DNA of 64,000 nucleotides from an uncultured Clostridiaceae bacterium (GCA_964394355.1 CAYMVQ010000004.1:15090-79089); one strand, 5' to 3'; counted from the stretch's first letter, positions 26,976 through 36,922 are shown. Numbers and translations are program-made. Notes: generated by a model from the letters alone, not told the origin.

Positions 26976-27422
26976 TTGAAAGGATATAGAATCGAGTATA
27001 CTGAAGATTATAAAGAGTTGAAAGAATTATATATAAAATGTGGTCTTGAAGTAGGGAATGAGCCTGTACCGACTAAGTTGGTAAAATGCTGGAGAGTAGT
27101 TGCTGATACTGGTGAAGGGGATACCCTGATAGGAGGGGCTACTCTAGGGGATAGAGATGGTACTTATGTAGTTGATGGTATCGCCATTGAGGCTAAATAC
27201 AGGAATAGGGATATAGGGACTAAAGTTCTTGATAAACTACTTAGCCATTCCAGGGACATTGGAATTAAAAAACTTTGGCTAGTGGCAGTAGCACCGGGTT
27301 TTTTCAAAAAATATGGCTTTATTAAAGCAAAACGAGAAGGAGCACCTAATGTATTTGGCTGCTTTAATTGCGAAAAGTACGGAAAAGAATGCAAGCCGGA
27401 AGTGATGTTTTTGGAGTTATAA
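26976..27422 (+). CDS. GNAT-family N-acetyltransferase with a Cys-rich C-terminal tail
   Basis: A TTG at 26976 follows a GGGAGGGG RBS; the track start at GTG 26958 overlaps that RBS. Acetyl-CoA loop RNRDIGTKVLDKLL. Tail GCFNCEKYGKEC. Confidence 0.6.
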   Translation: MKGYRIEYTEDYKELKELYIKCGLEVGNEPVPTKLVKCWRVVADTGEGDTLIGGATLGDRDGTYVVDGIAIEAKYRNRDIGTKVLDKLLSHSRDIGIKKLWLVAVAPGFFKKYGFIKAKREGAPNVFGCFNCEKYGKECKPEVMFLEL

Positions 27423-27475
27423 GGGTAGGTGGATTTTCTTAAAAGGAAATTTTTCTTATATATCGCTAGTGTATA

Positions 27476-27868
27476 TTAATTAGTTAGCGCATTTTCTATA
27501 GCTTTTAAAATAACTTTGCTACTATAGCTAGCACCACTAATTACATCTACTTGTAGTTTTTGTTTTTCTATTACTAGTTCAGGAATTATTTCTGCATCCT
27601 TACCCTTACCATTATCGTGTTTTATTAATTCTATATCGCTAATAGCATGATCATTTACTATTACATTTACCTCTACTGAAATAGGGTAGACCTTATATTT
27701 ACCAACATAGGTTCCATCTTCTATTTTTGATAGGTCTATTTCTGATACAGGTAAATCCTTTAATTTTTCAAGATTTCCTTCTATTATGGGCTTTGCTCCG
27801 GCAATGGCAATAGTTATTATTAGCAATACAACAGCTATGGGCATTAAGTATTTAGGTTTTTTATGCAT
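27476..27868 (-). CDS. FMN-binding domain protein (membrane-anchored)
   Basis: ATG 27868 lies 8 nt after a GGAGG RBS. Has a TM anchor. The C-terminus VISGASYSSKVILKAIENAL is typical of the FMN_bind domain. Confidence 0.7.
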   Translation of the reverse strand: MHKKPKYLMPIAVVLLIITIAIAGAKPIIEGNLEKLKDLPVSEIDLSKIEDGTYVGKYKVYPISVEVNVIVNDHAISDIELIKHDNGKGKDAEIIPELVIEKQKLQVDVISGASYSSKVILKAIENALTN

Positions 27869-28026
27869 ATTTTTATCCTCCAAAACTGATATAAGGTATT
27901 TTATAACTTTATTATATCATTAATTTTAAAAAAGCACACGGTCAGGCAATTGACTTAATTAATTTGCCCAATAAACTAATATAACTATTATATTTTCTAC
28001 GATTACAGAGTAAAATTGGGGCTTAT

Positions 28027-28075
28027 GGCTCCTGGTCTCTAGCCTCTAGCTACGAGCCGAAAACTAAGTGCAGTA
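28027..28075. repeat. Heptamer-tract repeat element (family member, opposite orientation)
   Basis: GGCTCCT GGTCTCT AGCCTCT AGCTACG at 28027-28054. Its reverse complement gives CTAGAGG/CTAGAGA/CCAGGAG, which fits CYARRAR. Confidence 0.4.
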
Positions 28076-28100
28076 TTATGGATGATTGTTCCAAACTTAA

Positions 28101-28136
28101 TAAAAAATAATGGCTACTGTTTTATTAGTAGCCATT
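28101..28136 (-). terminator. Intrinsic terminator downstream of prsA
   Basis: 10-bp stem AATGGCTACT and AGTAGCCATT (28109-28118 and 28127-28136). A T-rich run follows on the minus strand (complement of 28101-28108). Confidence 0.6.
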
Positions 28137-28162
28137 TCATTATTTAGCTATGATAGCTAATT

Positions 28163-29056
28163 TTATTGCAAAAGGTTTTCTATTTTATAGTCTTGAGACT
28201 TTAATTGATACCATTCACCGTAGGCTTCAGGAATTTTCTGTTCAAATAAAAGCTCTCTTATTTTTTCTTTACTATCTTCGTAATTTGCTTCCACTGCATC
28301 TTTTTTGTCTTCCACCTTTATAATATGATAACCAAAATTAGTCTTAACTGGTTCAGAGATTTTCCCGATTTCGGCGGAAAAAGCCACCTCTTCAAATTCA
28401 GCTACCATTTCTCCCCTTTCGAAGAAACCAAGACTGCCGCCATTATCTTTATTGCTTTCATCAGTGGAGTATTCACTTGCTAATTTTGAGAAATCTTCTC
28501 CTGCAGCCAGTTTATCCTTTACTTCTTTTGCTGTCTCCTCATCCTCAACTAAAATATGCGAGGCGTTCACTTGCTCTTTTTCATCAAAGGATTCTTTGTT
28601 TTCTTCAAAGTAGTTTTGTATTTCTTCTTCTGTAATTTCAATACTAGCTTCCAGTAGTTTTTTAATTTGCAGGTTTTTTTCGATATTACCTTTTACATCT
28701 TCAAAAGATTGGCCGTACATTTCCAGCATTTGTTCAAAGTTTTCTTTACCACCATAGTGCTCTGATATTATTTCCACTTCTTTCTCTATTTCTTCTTCTG
28801 TAATTTTTATATTTTCTTTTTTAAGCTCTAAGTCAATGATTTTGCTGGAAATTAAAAAATCTAAAGTAGCCTTACCATTTTCTTTAACCATGGCATCATA
28901 CAAGTCGTTTTTAGTTATAACTTCATTATCGACTCGTGCAACAATATCACTTTTTTTTGCCGTATTATTAAAAAGGATAGCACCTATTATGACTATTAGT
29001 ATTCCTGCCGCTACCAACAATCCTATTTTCGTATTTTTTTCTTTTAGAAATTCCAT
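28163..29056 (-). CDS. prsA: Peptidyl-prolyl cis-trans isomerase, PrsA/SurA-like
   Basis: TM/lipoprotein-like N-terminus and a parvulin domain (ASHILV...GGSLGFF...FGYHIIKV). Start is at ATG 29056 or GTG 29071. Confidence 0.85.
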   Translation of the reverse strand: MEFLKEKNTKIGLLVAAGILIVIIGAILFNNTAKKSDIVARVDNEVITKNDLYDAMVKENGKATLDFLISSKIIDLELKKENIKITEEEIEKEVEIISEHYGGKENFEQMLEMYGQSFEDVKGNIEKNLQIKKLLEASIEITEEEIQNYFEENKESFDEKEQVNASHILVEDEETAKEVKDKLAAGEDFSKLASEYSTDESNKDNGGSLGFFERGEMVAEFEEVAFSAEIGKISEPVKTNFGYHIIKVEDKKDAVEANYEDSKEKIRELLFEQKIPEAYGEWYQLKSQDYKIENLLQ

Positions 29057-29373
29057 TGTTATTTTACACACCTTTCAAATTAATAGCTCTTAAAATCTTA
29101 TGCAATAAAACTATTCTATCATAAATTATATGGTTTGGCTTAATTATATTTTTATTAATAAAATAATTGAGCTTTTGGCAAAAGTCTACATGCTAGGACA
29201 ATTATTTTAATTATCTTATAAAAGCAAATTATTATAACAATAGTGCGTATTTCCCGGGAAATAATAATCTTATCTATATATTCTAGTAAATACAAGTATT
29301 TTATTCTATAATTATTAATAATAATGGTAAGTTACAACATAAAAAAAGGGTAGATGGGCTAGGAGTTGATTTT

Positions 29374-30039
29374 TTGTCAATTATTATTAGGGATAATATA
29401 GATTTTATTATAAACAGTGATAAATTAATGAAATTACTAAAGACAGATACTACAACTTTATTAGCAAAAGAGGCTTTAATTATTGCAAAAAAAGTGGAAG
29501 GTAAAATTAAAGCCAAGTTTATTTTAAAAAAAGTTTCTATTGAAAAAATAGAGGATAATTATGTAGTAATTGATGGAATCACATTTAACAGTAGAATATT
29601 GGCTGAGAAACTAAATAATTGCCCTTACAACATTGTTTTTGCTTTTATAGCAAGCGGTGGCAGTGGGACTTCTTCATATATAAGCGGGGTTGCTGATTTA
29701 TTTGAAGCATATGTTTTGGATCAAATAGCCTATTTATCTTACCTGTCTGCTTTGGAGGCCATAGAAATAGTCTTAGAGAAAAATTTTAATATAAAAAAAT
29801 ATATTTCAATGGTACCTGGTTCTATAAATGATTGGCATATAGCAGAACTTAGAAAAATATTTGGCCTTTTTAATGGTGCTTATAGGAAAATAGATGTTGG
29901 CTTAACTGATGGGGGCATGATGGATCCGGTGAAGACTACGGCGGGGTTAATATTTCAATCCACTGATTCCTTTTGTACTTGCGAAATTTGTACAAAGGAT
30001 GATTGTTCTTATCGCAAATCACCCTGCAACAACCTATAA
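29374..30039 (+). CDS. Stand-alone B12-dependent methionine synthase activation-domain-like protein
   Basis: TTG start 8 nt after AGGAG. SMVPGSINDWHIAE...GLTDGGMMDPVKTTAGLIF resembles the MetH reactivation (AdoMet-binding) domain. C-terminal Cys cluster CTCEICTKDDCSYRKSPC. Confidence 0.5.
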   Translation: MSIIIRDNIDFIINSDKLMKLLKTDTTTLLAKEALIIAKKVEGKIKAKFILKKVSIEKIEDNYVVIDGITFNSRILAEKLNNCPYNIVFAFIASGGSGTSSYISGVADLFEAYVLDQIAYLSYLSALEAIEIVLEKNFNIKKYISMVPGSINDWHIAELRKIFGLFNGAYRKIDVGLTDGGMMDPVKTTAGLIFQSTDSFCTCEICTKDDCSYRKSPCNNL

Positions 30040-30141
30040 GCTCCTTGTAATGGTGATTTTAATCAATACTAATCTTATGTAGTATAAAGAAATACTATAC
30101 TGTTTGAATTGTAACAGGGTAAATATGGGGGGTATATCTAA

Positions 30142-31698
30142 GTGACTTATTATTTAAAATGCGAAAGACCAGGTATCTTACTATCGGAAGCATTGCAAAA
30201 ATCTGATATAAATTTTGCCTTGCCCTGCTCTGGCAAAGGTACTTGCGGTAAGTGTAAGCTGGTGGTAGAAAAGGGTCAAGTATCAAAGATAAGCCAAAGC
30301 GAAAGAGCTTTTTTAAGCGACCAAGAAATAAAAAGTGGTTATCGACTTGCCTGTTTTACAAAGATTTACTCCGATATAGTTTTGAAATTTGATGATAAAG
30401 CCAATAATATCCTAACAAAAACCCTTATTGACGGTAATATTTTAAAGCCTGCTATTAGACAAGATGAATATGGCATTTCTATAGATATTGGGACAACTAC
30501 AGTTGTTATAAATCTTTTTAGGGGAGACTCCCCAAATATAATGGGAAGATCAAGCCAAATTAATAGCCAGATAAAATATGGAGCTGATATAATTTCACGT
30601 ATTGATTATTCAATAAATCATTCTTGTCGTGAAATCCACAATTCAATAATAGAACAGCTTAACAAAATGATAAAGGCCTTATGCAGGGAAGTATCCATCA
30701 ATAATAGAAGTATAAAATATGCTGTTATTACAGGAAACACCACCATGCTTCATTTTATTGAAAATCTTGATCCAAGGGATATAGCATTTTATCCTTTTAA
30801 ACCCAAGTCTTTATTTGGCTATAACATAGATAATTATATTGGCCTTGCCATTGCCGAAGAAGCAAATATATATATACCACCTTGTGTGTCTGCTTTTGTC
30901 GGTGCTGATTTAGTTTGTTCAATTTTAACAAGCGGCATAAAGGATAAAAAAGAAAATTCTTTAATAATTGATATAGGCACAAACGGCGAGCTGGCCTTTA
31001 TAGATAGCCATGGGATTAAATGCTGCTCAACGGCTGCAGGCCCAGCCTTTGAAGGTGTGGGTATAGAGTGGGGATCTTCTGCTGAAGAAGGAGCAATAGC
31101 AAATGTGTATTATGATGACAATATACGCAAAATAAAATATACTACAATAAACCATAAGCCTGCGAAAAGTATTTGTGGCTCTGGTATTATTGATGCAATG
31201 TCAGTTCTTTTAAAAATAGGCCTTATTGATGATACTGGCAGAATCTTGGATAAAGGTCATAAATTCGTTGAAAATATTATTGAAATAAATAGTCAAAGGG
31301 CTTTTAAGTTTGATGATTGCGATATCTATATTACACAAAAAGATATAAGGCAAATCCAGTTAGCCAAAGGGGCTATAGCCAGCGGAATAAAAACCTTGCT
31401 AATGGAGTCTAAAGGAGATTTAGAGCAAATAGATAATTTTTATATATGCGGCGCTTTTGCTACTTATTTGAACTTAAGTTCTGCTGTGGATATAGGGCTT
31501 GTCCCCCCTGCTATTATAAATAAAACCATAGTTTTGGGAAATGCCGCACTTAGCGGAGCCTCAGCAATAATCTTAGATATAGAAAAAATAGAAAAGTGCT
31601 ACGATATTGCTAAAAGATGTGACTATATTGAGCTATCCACTAATTCCTTTTTTACTGATGAATTTATTAAATCCATGTCCTTTAAGAATATATTTTAA
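30142..31698 (+). CDS. RACo-like corrinoid reductive activase (2Fe-2S ferredoxin + ASKHA/DUF4445 ATPase)
   Basis: 518 aa. N-terminal plant-type ferredoxin motif CSGKGTCGKCK...C. ASKHA phosphate loops DIGTTTV and DIGTNGE. Confidence 0.75.
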   Translation: MTYYLKCERPGILLSEALQKSDINFALPCSGKGTCGKCKLVVEKGQVSKISQSERAFLSDQEIKSGYRLACFTKIYSDIVLKFDDKANNILTKTLIDGNILKPAIRQDEYGISIDIGTTTVVINLFRGDSPNIMGRSSQINSQIKYGADIISRIDYSINHSCREIHNSIIEQLNKMIKALCREVSINNRSIKYAVITGNTTMLHFIENLDPRDIAFYPFKPKSLFGYNIDNYIGLAIAEEANIYIPPCVSAFVGADLVCSILTSGIKDKKENSLIIDIGTNGELAFIDSHGIKCCSTAAGPAFEGVGIEWGSSAEEGAIANVYYDDNIRKIKYTTINHKPAKSICGSGIIDAMSVLLKIGLIDDTGRILDKGHKFVENIIEINSQRAFKFDDCDIYITQKDIRQIQLAKGAIASGIKTLLMESKGDLEQIDNFYICGAFATYLNLSSAVDIGLVPPAIINKTIVLGNAALSGASAIILDIEKIEKCYDIAKRCDYIELSTNSFFTDEFIKSMSFKNIF

Positions 31699-32675
31699 TT
31701 TATTTTCATAAGCAATCTTATATCATCACCGAAAAATTCATACATATGGAAATTACCAAAAATTCGGGAAGTTATCCTTTCCGAATAGTCTCTCAATATT
31801 TCATTCACATCTAAGTTAGTGGCAATAATGGTGCTTTTGGATTTTAATAATCTTTTATTTAAGATATTAAAGATAACAAGACTGGAAAATTGGGTGGACA
31901 ATTCTGTACCCAAATCGTCAATTATTAACAAATCACAGGTATTAAGATTGTCCAAAATCATGTCATTTTCTTCTTCATTTTCAAAGTCAAATTTACGTTT
32001 TCTTATTAAATCCGTTAAATCTGGTGCTGTTTGATAGATTACACTTTTACCTGCTTTTAGCAGTTCTTTTGCAATAGAAAGACATAGAAATGTTTTACCT
32101 AATCCTGGCCTGCCTATAAAAAGTAAGTTCTCATTATGACTATCAAAGTCTTGAACAAACTTAATAGACTTTAGATATATTTGTTTCATATTTTTTTTAG
32201 GTGAAAGTCCATTTTCAAGTGGTGTATCTGAATAATAGTTAATATTAAATGTTTCAAAACTATCTGTAGATTGGGCAAGGTTTGATTGGACATAATTATA
32301 TTCAATTTGTTTTTGAACTAAACATGAGCATTTTTCCAATCCAGCAAAACCTGTATCCTTACATTTAATGCAATTATATATGGCTTCTAAGTAATTAGCA
32401 GGATAATTATTCTTTTTAAGTAAACTTGTCTTTTCAGCTATAAGGGATTTTTGTTTTTCTTTTAAAAAATCTAATTGCTTCTTCCTATCTACATCATCGA
32501 AAAGTATAGACCTTGTTATTTGTAGGCCTAATTCTACCATTTCATCTTCTATCTCTTTTAATCTAGGTATTTTTTTATAAACACTTTCCCTACGCCTTGT
32601 TATTTTTCCTTTATTATTTTCTCTAATACTTTCGTATTCTCCAAGTATTTTATTTATATTAGACACTTGTCTCAC
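31695..32675 (-). CDS. DnaI/DnaC-like helicase loader ATPase
   Basis: 326 aa. N-terminal zinc motif CIKCKDTG...CSC. Walker A GRPGLGKTF and Walker B LLIIDDLG. Confidence 0.75.
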   Translation of the reverse strand: MRQVSNINKILGEYESIRENNKGKITRRRESVYKKIPRLKEIEDEMVELGLQITRSILFDDVDRKKQLDFLKEKQKSLIAEKTSLLKKNNYPANYLEAIYNCIKCKDTGFAGLEKCSCLVQKQIEYNYVQSNLAQSTDSFETFNINYYSDTPLENGLSPKKNMKQIYLKSIKFVQDFDSHNENLLFIGRPGLGKTFLCLSIAKELLKAGKSVIYQTAPDLTDLIRKRKFDFENEEENDMILDNLNTCDLLIIDDLGTELSTQFSSLVIFNILNKRLLKSKSTIIATNLDVNEILRDYSERITSRIFGNFHMYEFFGDDIRLLMKIN

Positions 32676-33678
32676 CTCTGCTCTTTTTTAGGAGCTTTTG
32701 CTTTAACAATTCTGCATCATATGTTCTTCCGGCAAAATTATCAAAGCTACTTTTTTGTGACTTGACCCTTTCTTTTCTGGGGGTTTTTTTTGTTTTACTT
32801 TGGTATGAATCTACTTCTTCAATAGTCCTTAGCCCCTTATTATGCCAATCTGTAAGAATTGTATCCATATAGGAAATTGATGGCCTTATAGTATTTATTG
32901 TTAATCCACAGGCTTTTAGAATTATATCATCATTAAAAGCAAATTCATAAAACCACTTATACAGCGCCTTTTCCTCAGCCTTCGTAGGTTGACGTTTTAT
33001 TCTGAGGTAGTTCAATACTTTATTATAATTCTGCCATTTTTCTTTATATTTATTTGAGTGTTCTATGGCCTTGTCTTTTGTATCTATGCCTGCATCAAAC
33101 CAATTCTTAGCTACTTGTTTTAAATATGGAAGATCAGTAATATTCTTTGAGATACAATAATCAATAATCATTATAACTATCTCTGGAGGGAAACTATAAT
33201 CATCAATCCAATCTAGAAAGGTGAAAATTTCATTTTGTGACAATTCTCTACCATAAACTTGATGTATATAATCAAACATATTTTTAACCTTGTTGTTTTG
33301 CCTAGCAGATATAATTCGATCTACACTATACTTATCAGGTTTTTTTTCTTCACCTTTTATATTTAGCATAAGTTCTTTAATATTTAGATACTCTATGGAA
33401 TTGCAATTTTCTTCAAAGGAAGGTACAATTTTTATTATACCTTGACCTTCCCAATATTCCCAAGCCTCTTCTATAGTCTCTGTGCTAGTCCCTATAGTTT
33501 TTGCTATAGTATCATTTGAAAGACAATTGCGATTTTGACTATAAGATGATTTTAGCCCTAATAGATAGACTTTGACAAAATCTCCTGGTGCACCGGGCAT
33601 ATAATGATTTATAAATACATTTTCTATTAGAGTACAGCCTAGATCCTCGTTAAAATGTTTAAGACGAAAATAATTCAT
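32659..33678 (-). CDS. DnaD-domain replication initiation/primosome protein (DnaB/DnaD-like)
   Basis: 339 aa. N-terminus IENVFINHYMPGAPGDFVKVYLLGLK and a later DnaD-like repeat. Overlaps the loader gene by 17 nt. Confidence 0.7.
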   Translation of the reverse strand: MNYFRLKHFNEDLGCTLIENVFINHYMPGAPGDFVKVYLLGLKSSYSQNRNCLSNDTIAKTIGTSTETIEEAWEYWEGQGIIKIVPSFEENCNSIEYLNIKELMLNIKGEEKKPDKYSVDRIISARQNNKVKNMFDYIHQVYGRELSQNEIFTFLDWIDDYSFPPEIVIMIIDYCISKNITDLPYLKQVAKNWFDAGIDTKDKAIEHSNKYKEKWQNYNKVLNYLRIKRQPTKAEEKALYKWFYEFAFNDDIILKACGLTINTIRPSISYMDTILTDWHNKGLRTIEEVDSYQSKTKKTPRKERVKSQKSSFDNFAGRTYDAELLKQKLLKKSRGETSV

Positions 33679-34012
33679 TACCTTACCTCACATTTTTAAT
33701 TTTAATATATAGGATATAAATTTACTTAAAAAAGCGCAAAATAGTCTTGTACCTTTTTAAGGATGTTGATATAAATAATTGAATATTGATATAACGGATA
33801 TTTTTAGACAAAATGCGGTAAATTTGCTTTTGTTTTATTATAACATTATTTAAAGCATTATTTTTTTAAAAAAAATGATTTTAAAGGAAATACAGTTTAT
33901 ATCCTCCCATACATGAATTATTTGAAAAGAAAATGCGTTTTATTGCTGGTGGGCATATATGGGCGAGGTTACATATTACGGGAATGGGTTTGATTATTAT
34001 ATTTGTTAGAAA

Positions 34013-34150
34013 TACCGAATTGAACTAGGGATTCCGGCTTCTGGCTTCTGGCCTCTCTTTATAAAATTAAAGGCGGTATTTAATCCTTCCTTAGTCTGCT
34101 AGCAGCCAAGGAGTTGTAAAGTTCGGTAATGTGTGAACCGTAAGCTTAAA
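34013..34150. repeat. Intergenic repeat element with a heptamer tract (family member)
   Basis: GGCTTCT GGCTTCT GGCCTCT at 34036-34056 (reverse complement CCAGAAG). TATTTAATCCTTCCTTAGT at 34077-34095. Flanking inverted TACCGAA...TTCGGTA. Confidence 0.45.
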
Positions 34151-34259
34151 ATAATAGTAAAAATTTTGTTACAAAAAGTTTATTGAATTAAAAATGAAAA
34201 TAGTATAGAATAAAACGAGGTATAAAAAGCTTATGCACCCATTGAAGGGAGATGTATTA

Positions 34260-35741
34260 ATGGAAGGAAGCGAAAGTGAGTACGGTTTTAACAAGCTCAA
34301 ATCTAGAGCTAGGGACTTTTTCTGTAAGACTTTTGATAGCCTTAAAGGATTTAAAAGAAAATTTAATAATGAAAATGGAAAATTACATATAAAATTGCCC
34401 ACATTAAATTTGAAAATTGTACATAAAAGAAGATTCTTCACTAGTGCCCTATTACTGGTTTTGCTATTTGCTGTTTTGTATCTGCTTTTTGCTAAAAATT
34501 CTTTTTCAATTCTTATAGGGGATTCGGAGATTGCAAGGGTCAAAAATAAGAAAATATTGACAGAAGCTATAGAGAGCATAAAACATCAATTTGAAATAGA
34601 AAATGAAACTGCAGTAGCCTTCAAATTTGAACCTTCCTATGTAAAAGTAAGATCATCTAAGAAGGATTTGCTGGAGGGCAAGGATTTAGAAGATAAGCTT
34701 AAAAAACATATTAATTATACAATAAAGTCTTTTATTATATATGCAAATAATAGCCCCATTGCTTGCTTTAAAACAAAAGAAGAAGCTGAAAAGGTTTTAG
34801 GGTTTGTAATGGAAAACTCGTTAAAAGATATAGACAAAGACAATTTACAGGAAGCTACTTTTGATGGTAATGTGGAGATAAAAGAAGAGTTTGGCGAATT
34901 ATCTGCATTATCCAATGTTGAAGAAGCGCAAGCCTTTATTATCACTGGAACTGATGAAATCAAAATACATAAGGTTGCTGCTGGTGAGAGTTTTTGGAGT
35001 ATATCTCATCAATATGATATCAGCATAGATGACTTGATAAAGGCAAACCCGGATGCCAACCCTGAAAGAATACAAATAGGGCAGGAATTAAACCTAATAG
35101 TACCTAAGCCACTAATCAGTGTAAAAACTATTGAAGAAGCCAAGTATACGGATAAAATAGAGTTTGAACAAAAAATGGAGTTAAGCAATAGTTTATATAA
35201 AGATGAAACGGCAATTAGGGTTAAAGGCCAATATGGAGAAAAAGAAGTACTGGCAGTTATTACAAAAATAAACGGTGTTGAAAGCAGTAGGGAAATAATT
35301 GAAGAAAAAATAATCAAAGAACCTAAGGAGCAGATACTTGTTAAAGGCACCAAGGAACCGCCACCTAAAATTGGAACTGGAGCTTTTTCCACACCTACAA
35401 GGGGAAGCTTAACATCCAGGTATGGCATGAGGGGTGGCAGGCTACATAGCGGTATTGACATAGCTGCACCTATAGGCACACCTGTTAAAGCTGCTGATGG
35501 TGGAAAGGTAATATTTGTGGGTACTAGCGGTACTTATGGCAAATTAATCAAGATAGATCACGGTGCCAATTTTGTAACATATTATGGTCATCTCAGTAGT
35601 TATAGTGTTAAAGTGGGGGATAAAGTATATAAGGGACAAAAAATCGGTGCAGTAGGTAACACAGGGAGAAGCACGGGACCTCACTTACACTTTGAAATAA
35701 GAAAAAATGGAAAAGCCGTTAACCCGGCAGGTTATTTATAG
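34260..35741 (+). CDS. LysM-domain M23-family metallopeptidase
   Basis: ATG 34260 lies 8 nt after GGGAG. Has a TM anchor. LysM domain: HKVAAGESFWSISHQYDISIDDLIKANP. M23 motifs: HSGIDIA and GHLSS...GNTGRSTGPHLHFE. Confidence 0.85.
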   Translation: MEGSESEYGFNKLKSRARDFFCKTFDSLKGFKRKFNNENGKLHIKLPTLNLKIVHKRRFFTSALLLVLLFAVLYLLFAKNSFSILIGDSEIARVKNKKILTEAIESIKHQFEIENETAVAFKFEPSYVKVRSSKKDLLEGKDLEDKLKKHINYTIKSFIIYANNSPIACFKTKEEAEKVLGFVMENSLKDIDKDNLQEATFDGNVEIKEEFGELSALSNVEEAQAFIITGTDEIKIHKVAAGESFWSISHQYDISIDDLIKANPDANPERIQIGQELNLIVPKPLISVKTIEEAKYTDKIEFEQKMELSNSLYKDETAIRVKGQYGEKEVLAVITKINGVESSREIIEEKIIKEPKEQILVKGTKEPPPKIGTGAFSTPTRGSLTSRYGMRGGRLHSGIDIAAPIGTPVKAADGGKVIFVGTSGTYGKLIKIDHGANFVTYYGHLSSYSVKVGDKVYKGQKIGAVGNTGRSTGPHLHFEIRKNGKAVNPAGYL

Positions 35742-35746
35742 AGGAG

Positions 35747-36922
35747 TTATAACTCCTCTATTTTGTTTAAATCTATATACCCTTCACCCTGTATACTTCT
35801 GATTTCCCCTATAGATGTGCAGCAAAGATTTAAGATGTTTTTTGCATCAGTGGGTGTAACATCCTTCTTTTTTTCAAAAAGCAGGGCAATAACAGCTGCG
35901 GCATTACAAGCAGCTGCAGAAGTACCGCTAAATAATATGGAACTCTTACTATAAGCTGATACATTTGATTTACCAAAATAATTGATATTAGAAGGCAAAG
36001 AGGGGATTAAAAAACCGGGCATTATAGCGTCAGGTTTTTTTGCGTTTTTAATACTTGGTCCCCGGCTGCAAAATTGAGGGACAATTTTTTTATTATTATC
36101 TTCTAAAAAAGCTCCTACAGTAAAGACTTTTGGGCTAGCTCCCGGTGATGATATGGTAGCGGCACTGGGTCCCTTATTTCCCGAAGGACATATTAGGAAA
36201 ATGCCACTATCCCAAAGATACTCAGCTGCCAAAGAAACAATATCAAAATCACTATTGTAACAATCATAAGCAAAGGGGAGCACAGCTATCTTAATATTAT
36301 ATTTATCCTTTATATCGAGTATCCATTGCATAGATCCAAGAATATCAGAGAAGTATCCACTGGCTGAATTATTAAATGCCTTTGCCATTATAATATTGGA
36401 ATTAAAAGCCAAACTGGAAACTATGCCAAGGCAGGCAGTTCCATGGCCATTATCATCGTAAGGATGCTGATTATTATTAATAAAATCCTTGAATCCAATA
36501 ATTTTTCTTCTTATCCTAGCAGCTTCTCCGTAGGGGTATATGCCGGAATCAATAAAGGCTACTGTTATGCCTTTTCCGCTTAAAGAAGATTTTAATGAAT
36601 TTATAGGAAAAGTATTTTCCGAGGCGGAGTTTTGATTTATCCATCCCGTAAGCATAGCCTTATCATCATAATAAATTTTTTCAATTTCAATTAGGTTTCT
36701 TAAACTGTCAAATCTATTTAAAGGGGTTTCACCAGTTAGTGCGTTAATAAAGGGCAAATCGTATTTTATTTTAAAACCTGCCTTTAATAATTTCTTATAA
36801 ATTGTCTTATCTTTAAACTTATTTAAGCGTATTATAAGTGGCAATGTTTTAATGCCTTTTATATTGATAAAACTATGGATTTTTGGATCAATTCTTCTTA
36901 GAGACTTAAAAAACCTTTTCAT
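35747..36922 (-). CDS. S8 (subtilisin-like) serine peptidase
   Basis: Start moved to ATG 36922 (MKRFFKSL), which has an AGGTGG RBS. Catalytic triad contexts AFIDSGI, HGTACLG and SGTSAAAC. Confidence 0.85.
   Translation of the reverse strand: MKRFFKSLRRIDPKIHSFINIKGIKTLPLIIRLNKFKDKTIYKKLLKAGFKIKYDLPFINALTGETPLNRFDSLRNLIEIEKIYYDDKAMLTGWINQNSASENTFPINSLKSSLSGKGITVAFIDSGIYPYGEAARIRRKIIGFKDFINNNQHPYDDNGHGTACLGIVSSLAFNSNIIMAKAFNNSASGYFSDILGSMQWILDIKDKYNIKIAVLPFAYDCYNSDFDIVSLAAEYLWDSGIFLICPSGNKGPSAATISSPGASPKVFTVGAFLEDNNKKIVPQFCSRGPSIKNAKKPDAIMPGFLIPSLPSNINYFGKSNVSAYSKSSILFSGTSAAACNAAAVIALLFEKKKDVTPTDAKNILNLCCTSIGEIRSIQGEGYIDLNKIEEL

Noticed and set aside
33900-34232. c-di-AMP (ydaO-type) or other riboswitch upstream of the LysM-M23 peptidase gene
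   Set aside because: I looked for the conserved ydaO blocks (GGGGGA..CCC, GGGGUGAAUC, CCGAAUCC, CUAACCUCGUAAGCG-like). Only vague fragments (GAACCGTAAGC) are present, and the segment is better explained as a member of the intergenic repeat family.
33679-34232. Replication origin next to the dnaD/dnaI-like genes
   Set aside because: No cluster of DnaA boxes (TTATCCACA or its complement) is visible in this 550-bp AT-rich spacer, and dnaA/dnaN are not nearby.
34169-34579. 136-aa minus-strand ORF
   Set aside because: It is antisense to the 5' part of the LysM-M23 gene and extends into the AT-rich intergenic region. The composition is typical of an AT-rich shadow frame.
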